Assembly: GCA_963666735.1 (NCBI GenBank)
Contig: OY762926.1
Coordinates: forward strand, 480,001 to 544,000
Reading direction: 5' to 3'
Length of the DNA stretch: 64,000 nt
Source of the DNA: Gemmatimonadota bacterium
GTDB taxonomy: Bacteria; Gemmatimonadota; Gemmatimonadetes; Palauibacterales; Palauibacteraceae
Shown here in pieces: positions 29,422 to 38,122 of this stretch. Within the stretch, counting starts at the first letter, position 1. Each line of letters begins with the position of its first letter. A program made the translations under genes and the position numbers. The notes under the pieces are model-generated. The model was not told the origin of the DNA. It did not search any database and was given only the letters and a program-made list of their open reading frames with translations.

Positions 29422-30009
29422 ATGACCGGCGGCCGGCCGCGCTGCGGCTGGGCGGGCTCCGAAGCGGAGATGGTCGCCTATCACGACACGGAGTGGGGCG
29501 TACCGGTCTTCGATGATCGGCGCCACTTCGAATTCCTCGTCCTCGATGGGTTCCAGGCCGGTCTCTCATGGGCGGTGATCCTGCGCAAGCGGGAAGCGTT
29601 TCGCGCCGCGTTCAGCGATTTCGATCCAGTTGCCGTGTCGTCATTTGTGGAAGATGACATAAGGCGGCTTCAAGCCGATGCCTCGATCGTTCGAAACCGC
29701 CTGAAGATCGAGGCCACGATTGCGAATGCGGCTCGCCTGCTCGACGTCCAGAAGGAATTCGGCACCTTCGACGCCTTCATCTGGTCGTTCACCGGGGGGC
29801 GTACGATCCGGAACCGCTGGTCGTCGATGGCCGAAGTTCCCGCGCACACGCGAGAGTCGGAGCGCATGTCGAAGGAGTTGCGCCGACGGGGTTTTCGCTT
29901 CGTGGGACCGACGATCTGCTACGCGTACATGCAGGCGGCCGGGATGGTCAACGACCACGCGACATCGTGCTTCCGGCACGCGGAAGTCAGGACAGTGGCT
30001 CGCCGCTGA
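29422..30009 (+). CDS. tag: DNA-3-methyladenine glycosylase I
   Basis: RCGW, YHDTEWG, FQAGLSW, IVRNRLKI, FVGPTICYAYMQAAGMVNDH...C. Confidence 0.95.
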   Translation: MTGGRPRCGWAGSEAEMVAYHDTEWGVPVFDDRRHFEFLVLDGFQAGLSWAVILRKREAFRAAFSDFDPVAVSSFVEDDIRRLQADASIVRNRLKIEATIANAARLLDVQKEFGTFDAFIWSFTGGRTIRNRWSSMAEVPAHTRESERMSKELRRRGFRFVGPTICYAYMQAAGMVNDHATSCFRHAEVRTVARR

Positions 30010-31051
30010 AGCAGACCGCCGTTCCCGGGCGACACCGGCAGGAAGTCCGCCGAGGCAGGGGCGGGGAGTCGATGCCGAGCGCCGCCAGCGCCAGGTCGGC
30101 AAGCACGCCGGCGAACGCTTCATCGTCGTGCGGCACGGCGACGCGGCGAAACTCGAGGCCGAGTGCGGCGGCGTGCCCGGCGAGATCCACGTCCAGTTCC
30201 ATCAACGTCTCGGACTGCTCGTGCATGAAGCTGACGGGGTCGACGAGGACCCTTGCGACGCCCGGGAGGTCCTCCAGCGCCGTCTCGATGTCCGGCGGGG
30301 TCCATTCGATCCCTCGGTTCGTGTGGTTCTGGTAGCCGAGGGTCCACGTGTCCACGCCCAGGGCGTGCGACTGCGTCGCGCACCACTCCTCGACGTATTC
30401 GACGTAGCGGCTGCCTTCCGAGATGTACCGCAGCGGGGTGCCATGGGCGCTGAACACGACGCGGACGCCCGGGTCGGTCAGGCTCCAGCCCGCTTCCGCG
30501 GCGGCGCGGCGGATCGCGTCGGCTCGAAGTCGGGCGTAGCCGGGATGGCGATGCCATCCGGTCACGCCGCGCACCTCGGGGCGCCATCCGATTCGATCGA
30601 GCGCGGCCTCCACCTCGGCCAGCGCCGCGACGGTGGTCGAAGGGCCGCAGAGCGGATACACGGGCAGAGGGACAAGCGCCGGGGCGCGAGTCGCGCGCAG
30701 GCGCCGCAGCGCCTCTTCGATCGACGGTTCGGTGAACTGCATCCCCACGGTCACGCGCATCGGGTGGCCTCGGGCCTTCAGCGCCCGGTCGAGCGCCTTG
30801 GCCTGCGCCTTCGCCTGCGCGTCGAGCGGTGAGCCGCCGATCCGTTCGTAGACCTCGAGCAGGCCGGGTGTCCGCCGCCGCGCGAGTTCGCGGCTTCGCG
30901 CACGGGCCGCCGCCCGGTCCGCGTGCGGCTCGAGCCGCGCGTTGGCGAGGAAGATCCGTTCCAGGAAGCGGGTGACGGCGCTCGGGTCCGCTCCCTGCGG
31001 CTCACCGAAGTTCAGGAGGAGGACGGCGGGTGGGGGGGTGGAGTTCGGCAT
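29987..31051 (-). CDS. hemH: Ferrochelatase
   Basis: LLLNFGEP, IGGSPL, VFSAHGTP, EWTPP, SFMHEQSETLMELD; Cys-rich C-terminal tail. Confidence 0.9.
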   Translation of the reverse strand: MPNSTPPPAVLLLNFGEPQGADPSAVTRFLERIFLANARLEPHADRAAARARSRELARRRTPGLLEVYERIGGSPLDAQAKAQAKALDRALKARGHPMRVTVGMQFTEPSIEEALRRLRATRAPALVPLPVYPLCGPSTTVAALAEVEAALDRIGWRPEVRGVTGWHRHPGYARLRADAIRRAAAEAGWSLTDPGVRVVFSAHGTPLRYISEGSRYVEYVEEWCATQSHALGVDTWTLGYQNHTNRGIEWTPPDIETALEDLPGVARVLVDPVSFMHEQSETLMELDVDLAGHAAALGLEFRRVAVPHDDEAFAGVLADLALAALGIDSPPLPRRTSCRCRPGTAVCFSGEPLS

Positions 31052-31144
31052 CGCTCGAACCTATCGGGGCGGTCCCCGGCTTGCCCGTGCCGGAAGGGTT
31101 CGGAACGTTGCCGCCTCGTGGCGGGAGCCCGGAAGGGGGGAGGC

Positions 31145-32410
31145 ATGCGGGTCGGAATCATCGGCGGAGGGATCACCGGGCTGGCGCTCACGCACGCGCT
31201 GGCGCGGCGCGGCGTCGACTCGATCCTGTTCGAGGCGTCCGATGACGTCGGAGGAGTGATCCGCACCTCGGTTCACGACGGCCGGATCGTCGAACTCGGC
31301 CCGCAGCGCACTCGACTTGCGCCCACCGTGCGCCGGCTCGTCGACGAACTGGAGCTTCACGAGGAGGTTCTGGAGGCGCGGCCCGGGGCGCGTCTGTTCA
31401 TCTGGGCCCGCGGCCGCCTGCGAACCGTGCCGCACCGGCCGCGCGGGCTCCTGACGGGCGACCTGCTTTCGCCGGCGGGGCGTACCCGCGCCGCCCTCGA
31501 GCCCTTCACCCGGGGACTTCGGCCGCGGGAGTCCGTGGCCCGCTACTTCCGCCGCAAGGCCGGACGCGAGGCGTACGAGCGACTCTTCGGTCCCCTCGTT
31601 TCGGCGACCTTCGGATCGGATCCGGAGACGATGCCGGCCGCGCGCGTCCTTCCGATGCTGCTCGAGCCGCTGGGCGTGAAGCGCAGCCTGCTCGCGGCCG
31701 CTCGGCGCCGGGGGCCCGCCGCCGCGCCGCCCGCGTTCACCTTTCGGGCGGGGATGGCCACGCTGCCGCACGCCATCGCGAGGCGACACGCGAGCCGGAT
31801 TCGGATCGCGGCGCCGGTCACGGAGCTTCGACGCTCCGGCGGTCGGTTCGAGATCGCCCACGGGGGCCGGCGCCCGGATTCCCACACCGTGGACCAGGTG
31901 GCGATCACGACGCCGGCACCGGCCGCCGCCGTCCTTCTGAGGGGCGTTGCGCCCGGGGCTGCCGACCGTCTCGCGGGGCTGCGGTATCACCGCGTGGCCG
32001 TCGTGCCGCTGGAAGTGGAGCGCGCGCCGGAGGGGTTCGGGTTCCAGGTCGCGCTGGGAGAACGGTGGCGTACGCGCGGTGTGACGTGGAACGCTTCGCT
32101 GTTCGGGCGCGACGGTCTCTGCACGGCCTATCTGGGCGGCGGTCTCGATCCCGGTGTCGCCCCTTGGGACGCAGCCCGACTCGAGGGAACCGCGGCCGAG
32201 GAGTACAGCGCGATCCATGGAGTGGCGGCGACCCCGATCTGTACGGCGCGGCCGCGGCTCCCGGCGTATGACGGCTCGTGGACGGCGCTGGACGGACTCG
32301 AGCTTCCCCCCGGCATCACGCTCGCCGCCGGCTACACCGGCCGGCTGGGCATCTCGAGTCGGATCGCCGAAGCCGAATCCGTGGCGGAACGTCTCGCCGG
32401 GCGTACATAG
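31145..32410 (+). CDS. hemY: HemY-type proto/coproporphyrinogen oxidase
   Basis: IIGGGITGL FAD motif, GGVIRT, ELGP; lies between hemH and hemE. Confidence 0.87.
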   Translation: MRVGIIGGGITGLALTHALARRGVDSILFEASDDVGGVIRTSVHDGRIVELGPQRTRLAPTVRRLVDELELHEEVLEARPGARLFIWARGRLRTVPHRPRGLLTGDLLSPAGRTRAALEPFTRGLRPRESVARYFRRKAGREAYERLFGPLVSATFGSDPETMPAARVLPMLLEPLGVKRSLLAAARRRGPAAAPPAFTFRAGMATLPHAIARRHASRIRIAAPVTELRRSGGRFEIAHGGRRPDSHTVDQVAITTPAPAAAVLLRGVAPGAADRLAGLRYHRVAVVPLEVERAPEGFGFQVALGERWRTRGVTWNASLFGRDGLCTAYLGGGLDPGVAPWDAARLEGTAAEEYSAIHGVAATPICTARPRLPAYDGSWTALDGLELPPGITLAAGYTGRLGISSRIAEAESVAERLAGRT

Positions 32411-32447
32411 CGCCGTCCCGGCTGCCGGCGTTCCCGCGGGAACGTGC

Positions 32448-33470
32448 TCAGCGGTTCTCGCCCGGCGGGCTCCGGTGCCGCACCTCGTCGACGACGGCGG
32501 CGATCACCTCCGGGTCGGAATCCGGGTGGAGACCGTGCCCGAGGTTGAAGACATGGCCGGGCCGGCCGCCGGCGCGGCGCAGCACGTCAAGCGCCCCGGC
32601 GCGCGCCGCCTCCTCGCCCGCGAGGATGCACGCGGGGTCGAGGTTCCCCTGTATCGCGCGCTCCGGGCCGATGATGTCCCATGCCTCGTCGAGGGGTGTG
32701 CGCCAGTCGACGCTGATCGCATCGCCCCCCGCCTCCGCCACCGCGGCGTGCGTGGCGCCGTAGTGCACGGTGGGGATGCCCCTCTGGCGGAGTCGCTCCA
32801 GCAGGCGGCGTGAGTACGGGAGCACACGCGCCCTGTAGGTGTGAGGATCGAGGATGCCGCACCAGGAATCGAACACCTGGATCGCGCCCGCGCCGGCCTC
32901 GTACTGAGCGACCGCGAACTCCGCCAGGTGCTCGGCCCAGAACCCCGCGAGCCGGTCCCAGAGTTCGGGAGACCGCAGCATGAAGGCCCGCAGTTGCGCA
33001 AGCCGGCTGTCACGCGTGCCGCGCGCGAGGTACGAGCACAGCGTAAAGGGGGCGCCCACGAAGCCGACGATCGGGCGTTCCTCGTCCTCGGCGAGGAGGC
33101 GGATCGCCTCGAGCACGAACTCGAGGCGATCCCGCGGCTCGAAGGGACGCAGACGTTCCACGTCCTCGAGGCCGCCCCAGGGGGGGAGGGGAACGGGTCC
33201 GACGCCGGCCTGCAGTTCGATCTCGATCCCGGCGGCCTCGAACGGCGTCGACAGATCCATGAAGAGGACGAGCGCGTCCACGTCGAAGTACTCGAGCGGG
33301 AGTCGTGTGACCTGCGCGGCCGCCTCCGGGTCGCGCACGATCTCGAGGAACCCGCGCTCCCGGCGAAGTTCGCGATAGGCGGGGAGGGAGCGTCCCGCCT
33401 GCCGCATGAACCACACGGGCGTTCGCTCCACAGGTTCGCGCGCGAGTGCGCGCAGAAGGAGATCGTTCAT
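32448..33470 (-). CDS. hemE: Uroporphyrinogen decarboxylase
   Basis: PVWFMRQAGR, GFVGAPFTL, QVFDSW, QGNLDP, FNLGHG. Confidence 0.95.
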   Translation of the reverse strand: MNDLLLRALAREPVERTPVWFMRQAGRSLPAYRELRRERGFLEIVRDPEAAAQVTRLPLEYFDVDALVLFMDLSTPFEAAGIEIELQAGVGPVPLPPWGGLEDVERLRPFEPRDRLEFVLEAIRLLAEDEERPIVGFVGAPFTLCSYLARGTRDSRLAQLRAFMLRSPELWDRLAGFWAEHLAEFAVAQYEAGAGAIQVFDSWCGILDPHTYRARVLPYSRRLLERLRQRGIPTVHYGATHAAVAEAGGDAISVDWRTPLDEAWDIIGPERAIQGNLDPACILAGEEAARAGALDVLRRAGGRPGHVFNLGHGLHPDSDPEVIAAVVDEVRHRSPPGENR

Positions 33471-33585
33471 GGCCCGCCGATGTTACCCCGTCGCCCGCCG
33501 CTCGCCAAACCGCCCGGTTGGACCGGTGTGCGACCTGTCGTAGCTTTCGGCCCACGACTTCGGATCTCTCACAGGGGAAGCGATC

Positions 33586-35334
33586 ATGAACCGCCGTGAC
33601 CTTCGCACGCTCCTTGTCGCCGCCGTCCTCGGGTTCGTGCACGTCGCGACCGTGGCCGCCCAGGAGCCCGCATTCGATATCCTGCTGCGCGGCGGACGCG
33701 TCCTGGACGGCACCGGGAATCCGTGGTTCCGCGCCGATGTCGGGATCCGCGGCGGGCGCATCGTCCGGGTCGGAGACCTGGCCGACGCCGGCGCCGACCG
33801 CGTCATCGAACTCGATGGGCGCTACGTCGTCCCCGGCTTCATCGACATTCATTCCCACGCGGACCAGGGACTCGACGCGGCGGGAGACGCCGGCAGCGAG
33901 GGCGCGCGCCGGCGAGCCGCGCCCAACCTCGTGAGCCAGGGCGTGACGACGGTCGTCGTGAACCAGGACGGCCGGTCTCCCTGGCCCATCGCCGATCAGC
34001 GCGCCCGGCTCGAGTCGCGCGGCCACGGGCCCAACGCGGCGCTCATGGTCGGGCACAACACGATCCGCGCGATGGCGCTCGGCGACGATGTCATGCGTCC
34101 CTCGACACCCGCCGAGGTCGAGCGCATGACCGCACTGGTGGAGCAGGGGATGGCCGAGGGCGCGTACGGCCTCAGCGCGGGACTCGAGTACTTCCCGGGG
34201 ATCTGGAGCGAGACCTCGGAACTCTTTCCCCTCGTCGAGGCGGCGGGTCGCGGAGGCGGCCTCTACATCGTGCACGAGCGCAGTTCCGGGATGACGCCGA
34301 TGTGGTTCTGGCCGAGCCAGGACGACCCGGGACCGCCGACCATGATCGAGACCATCATCGAGGACATCGAAGTCGCGGAGCGGACGGGCGTGACGACGGT
34401 GGCGACGCACATCAAGGCGCGCGGCTCCGATTTCTGGGGGGCGGGAAGGGCGCTCGTCGACCTGATCGAGCGCGCCCGGGCGCGCGGCGTTCCGATCTGG
34501 GCGGACCAGTACCCGTACAACACGACGGGGAGCGACGGGAACACGGTCCTTCTCCCGCGCTGGATCTTCCCCGGGGGTGGGCCCGGCGGCGGACCCGGCG
34601 GACCGCGCGCGGACGTCGACTATGCGGCGGCGCTCGGGGCGGCGCTCGCCGATCCCGAACACGGCGAGCAGGTGCGCCTCGACATCGAGCACGAGATCGG
34701 GCGGCGCGGGGGGCCGGAGAACCTCGTGGTCATGGACCACCCGGATGAGAGTCTGGTCGGCAAGACGGTGGCCGATCTGGCGGCGGAGTGGAACGCGTTC
34801 CCCGTCGATGTGGCGATCCGCCTGCAACTCGAAGGGGACCGCATGAGAGCGGGTGGCGCCCGCGTGCGCGGCTTCTCCCTCTCCGAGATCGATGTCGAGG
34901 AGTTCTCGGCTCATCCGTGGCTGGTGACGGCCTCCGACGCCGGGATCGCGCTCCCGGACGACGGACCCGTGCATGCCCGCTTCTACGGCACCTTCCCGCG
35001 AAAGATCAAACGCTACGCGATGGACCTGGACGTGCTGTCGGTGGAGAGTGCGGTCCGTTCGATGACGACGCTCCCGGCCCAGCTCATGGGCCTCCGCGAC
35101 CGCGGTCTCATACGGGAGGGGCTCATGGCGGATATCGCGGTGCTGGACCTCGCAGAGCTGCAAGACAACGCGACCTTCTTCGAGCCGCACCAGTATCCGT
35201 CGGGCGTCGATTTCGTGCTCGTTAACGGCACGTTCGTGGTTGACGATGGCGACCTGACGTGGGCTCTCCCCGGCGCGGTCCTCACGCCGCCCGGCGGTGG
35301 GGGCTCGAACGCCGACGGGACGTCGGGATGCTGA
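33586..35334 (+). CDS. Secreted N-acyl-D-amino-acid deacylase family amidohydrolase
   Basis: DGTGNPWFRADVGI, PGFIDIHSH, DQYPY, ASDAG, YGTFPR, DRGLIREG...AD. Confidence 0.88.
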   Translation: MNRRDLRTLLVAAVLGFVHVATVAAQEPAFDILLRGGRVLDGTGNPWFRADVGIRGGRIVRVGDLADAGADRVIELDGRYVVPGFIDIHSHADQGLDAAGDAGSEGARRRAAPNLVSQGVTTVVVNQDGRSPWPIADQRARLESRGHGPNAALMVGHNTIRAMALGDDVMRPSTPAEVERMTALVEQGMAEGAYGLSAGLEYFPGIWSETSELFPLVEAAGRGGGLYIVHERSSGMTPMWFWPSQDDPGPPTMIETIIEDIEVAERTGVTTVATHIKARGSDFWGAGRALVDLIERARARGVPIWADQYPYNTTGSDGNTVLLPRWIFPGGGPGGGPGGPRADVDYAAALGAALADPEHGEQVRLDIEHEIGRRGGPENLVVMDHPDESLVGKTVADLAAEWNAFPVDVAIRLQLEGDRMRAGGARVRGFSLSEIDVEEFSAHPWLVTASDAGIALPDDGPVHARFYGTFPRKIKRYAMDLDVLSVESAVRSMTTLPAQLMGLRDRGLIREGLMADIAVLDLAELQDNATFFEPHQYPSGVDFVLVNGTFVVDDGDLTWALPGAVLTPPGGGGSNADGTSGC

Positions 35335-35861
35335 CCGGGCGGGGCGCCGTCGCCCTCGTCGCGCTGATCGGACTCGGTTGCGGGGGGGCGGATGAGGCGG
35401 CGGATCGCGGCGCCACAGTGAGCTACACGGACGCGGTGCCCTCGGGTGCGAAACCGGCGCCCGAAGACGTCTTCCGCACCCTGGACGGCGGCGAGGCGAG
35501 CCTCCGCGACCTGCGGGGCAGCGTGGTCGTCGCGAACCTGTGGGGCACCTGGTGCCTCCCGTGCCGCGACGAGTTGCCGGAACTCGTGGAGTTGGCCCGC
35601 ATCTACGACGACCGGCCCGTCGTCATCCTCGGACTCGCCGTCGATTCGGGCGACATCGACGAGATCCGTGCCTTTCTCGAGGACTTCGGCGTCGAGTACC
35701 CGAACTGGATGATGGGGATGGATGACGCCGTTGCCACCTTCGGAGCCGTGGGGTTTCCGACCACGGTGATGGTGGACGCGGATGGCTGGATCCGGAAGGA
35801 ACTCCTCGGTCCCCAGACCGCCGCATCGCTGACCGAGGAGATCGAAGCCCTCCTCCGCTGA
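35328..35861 (+). CDS. TlpA-family thiol:disulfide reductase lipoprotein
   Basis: Lipobox-like IGLGC; NLWGTWCLPCRDELP; FPTT. Confidence 0.9.
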   Translation: MLTGRGAVALVALIGLGCGGADEAADRGATVSYTDAVPSGAKPAPEDVFRTLDGGEASLRDLRGSVVVANLWGTWCLPCRDELPELVELARIYDDRPVVILGLAVDSGDIDEIRAFLEDFGVEYPNWMMGMDDAVATFGAVGFPTTVMVDADGWIRKELLGPQTAASLTEEIEALLR

Positions 35862-35972
35862 CGCCGGCAATGTCTCGTAGTCAGCGCATTGACCAACCCA
35901 TTCGGGGGGAGCCAAGCTTGTTCTTGAGATTCGGCCTTGCAGGTGCCGACGAAACCGAAGGGAGAACGTGCG

Positions 35973-36181
35973 ATGACCAGGGTCAAGCAGATTCTCCGGC
36001 CATGATCCTCTCCACTCTCATCATCTTGACGGGCGCTGTCGGCGACGCCCGGGCACAATGCGACGACTACTGTCCTTTCGACTCCGGCAACGCTTTCACC
36101 CACTGCGAGGAGCCAGATATCGGTGCGGCCACATGCTACTACGACGATGGCCACTACTACGCCGACTTCGGGGGTTGTTGA
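35973..36181 (+). pseudogene. Small Cys-rich secreted peptide gene with an apparent 1-nt frameshift in the signal peptide (or intact from ATG 36002)
   Basis: GGGAGA then ATG 35973 gives MTRVKQIL, 29 nt upstream of and out of frame with MILSTLIILTGAVGDARA-QCDDYC...HC...TC...GGC*. Confidence 0.5.
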
Positions 36182-36228
36182 GGTCGACTAGCCCGGCGGG
36201 ACTCGCGCGGTGGTCCTGCGGCCCGAAG

Positions 36229-37335
36229 GTGGACCGACCGCGATCGCGGCTAGCGGGCAGCGCGAGCGTGGGGCTCGCGTGTGTCAGCCTGGCGGCGTGC
36301 GGTGTGAACTCCAGCGAAGACCCTGATCGATCCCTGTGGCGTCCGGCCGAGTTGGAGCGAGTGCGTACGATCGTCCGGCAGGACGCGAGCGAAGCGACAG
36401 CCTGGCTCGGACGGGTGTGGGATCTTCGTCACGATCCAGTCACGGACCATCTCCTGGCTCGGGATATCCACGACCATCGTATCGTCGAATTCACGACCAG
36501 CGGAGAATTCGTGGGTTACTTCGGGCAGTTCGGTGAGGGACCGGGAGAGATGCGCAACCTCCGGGTTTTCGAGGTGTGGAATGACCATGTGATCGCGCTG
36601 GACCAGGGGAACGGCAAGCTCGTCGTTTTCGATCGTGCCACTCGCCGGCTGAAGACCGAAGTTTCCCTGGACCGCTTCGCCAGGGACATCACGATACTGG
36701 GCGATACGCTGGCGGCGGTCATGCCCGGCCCGAGCGGAGCGTTGTACGAGCTGTTCGAGCCCGGCGGGCGCAACCTGGGCGTGGTTGGAGACGGGGGATT
36801 CGTCGCCGCCCCCCGCAGGACGTGTTCGATCACGAGCATTGGCCGGGAGTTGATCGCCATCATGAAGCCCGAGGTGCCGGAGGGACGGATTTACCGACTC
36901 GACGGAAATCTCTACGACGCCTTCGCGTTTACCGAACTCAACCACGTTCTGCACGAGTGGCGAGAGGATTTCCTCGAGCATATCCGTCGAGCGTCGGGCA
37001 TGGCAGCTGCCGGTGGCGAAGGACGGATCGCGGCTGGCAAGCTATGGGCTGGAACGGCAACCGGGGCTCTCGGCGGCGGCTCGTTCTTCGTAAACGCGAA
37101 CCCCGAAAACATGGACGTGAACCCGGCGGAATTCTGGGTGCTTGACTGCCGCGGACGCGTCACGAAGCGATATGTTTTCGACCGCCCAAGAATCGTGGCC
37201 TCCACCGTCTCGGGCCGGAGGATCTTCGCGCTCGGCACTGGCCGTGAGTTCGGCGTTTATGAGTATCGCCTGCCCGCCGACGGCATTCCGCGTCCGGGGA
37301 GTGCTGCGGCGACCGGACGTTCGAATCAGTGTTGA
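36229..37335 (+). CDS. Putative beta-propeller (6-bladed/NHL-like) lipoprotein (start could be TTG 36178)
   Basis: Lipobox LAAC; FGQFGEGPGEM motif; repeated 'VFD/RLDG/VLD..G' strand patterns. Confidence 0.7.
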   Translation: MDRPRSRLAGSASVGLACVSLAACGVNSSEDPDRSLWRPAELERVRTIVRQDASEATAWLGRVWDLRHDPVTDHLLARDIHDHRIVEFTTSGEFVGYFGQFGEGPGEMRNLRVFEVWNDHVIALDQGNGKLVVFDRATRRLKTEVSLDRFARDITILGDTLAAVMPGPSGALYELFEPGGRNLGVVGDGGFVAAPRRTCSITSIGRELIAIMKPEVPEGRIYRLDGNLYDAFAFTELNHVLHEWREDFLEHIRRASGMAAAGGEGRIAAGKLWAGTATGALGGGSFFVNANPENMDVNPAEFWVLDCRGRVTKRYVFDRPRIVASTVSGRRIFALGTGREFGVYEYRLPADGIPRPGSAAATGRSNQC

Positions 37336-38102
37336 CCTCGATTCGTTCGCCCGGGTTTCTGTGACAGATCCCAACAGGGCTTCTCTACCTCTGCTTGGCG
37401 TCGTGCGGCGGAGACGCCCCTGACGACCCGGATCCATCCCTCTCGCGTCCCATCGAGTTGGAGCGCGTCCGCACGATAGTGCGCCAGGACGCCAGTGACG
37501 CGACAGCCTGGCTCGGGCGGATCCGGGATCTCCGCCACGATCCGGTGGAGGATCGTCTCCTGGGCGTGGATATCTATGACCAGCGCATCGTGGAATTCAC
37601 GATCGATGGGGCATTCGCGGGGTCCTTCGGGCGTTACGGAGAGGGTCCTGGAGAGCTGAGGAAGGTTGCGGCCTTCGAAGTCACGGGGCGCCATGCGGTG
37701 GTGCTGGACGACACGCTGGTTGCCGTTATGCCCGGCCCAGAGGGCACGCTGTACGAGCGGATCGGGGTTGACGGGCGGAAGACGGTGCGCCGAGCATCGG
37801 GGATGGTCGCGGCCGGGGGTGGAGGACGAATCGCGGCGGGCCGATTGTGGGCGGGAACGAACACCGGAGCCCTTCGCAACGGGTCTTTCTTCGCGAGCGC
37901 GATCCCCGAAAACATGGACGTGAACCCGGCGGAATTCTGGGTACTCGACCGCTACGGACGGGTCCGGCAGCGATACGTTTTATTTGATCGTCCCCTGATC
38001 GGAATCTCGACCGCATCGTTCCCCAGAGTATTCGCGGTTGGCCTGAGCCATGAGTTCGGCGTGTACGAATACCGTCTGCCCGCTGATCAGGACCAGCCTT
38101 AG
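37332..38102 (+). pseudogene. Degenerate tandem paralog of the propeller lipoprotein
   Basis: Near-identical blocks to the upstream gene; TGA at 37362 inside the signal peptide; two in-frame deletions of about 33 and 68 aa. Confidence 0.75.
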
Positions 38103-38122
38103 TTAGTCGGCTCTGATCCGGG

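Noticed and set aside
36173..36184. Peptide end Gly-Cys-TGA-Gly resembling a GCUG selenocysteine motif
   Set aside because: No SECIS-like hairpin of the type seen at 4831 and 58021; read-through gives low-complexity Arg-rich sequence; treated as a true stop
37362..37364. In-frame TGA in the second propeller gene as possible Sec
   Set aside because: Falls in a signal peptide with no redox motif, in a gene that also has large deletions; nonsense mutation is more likely
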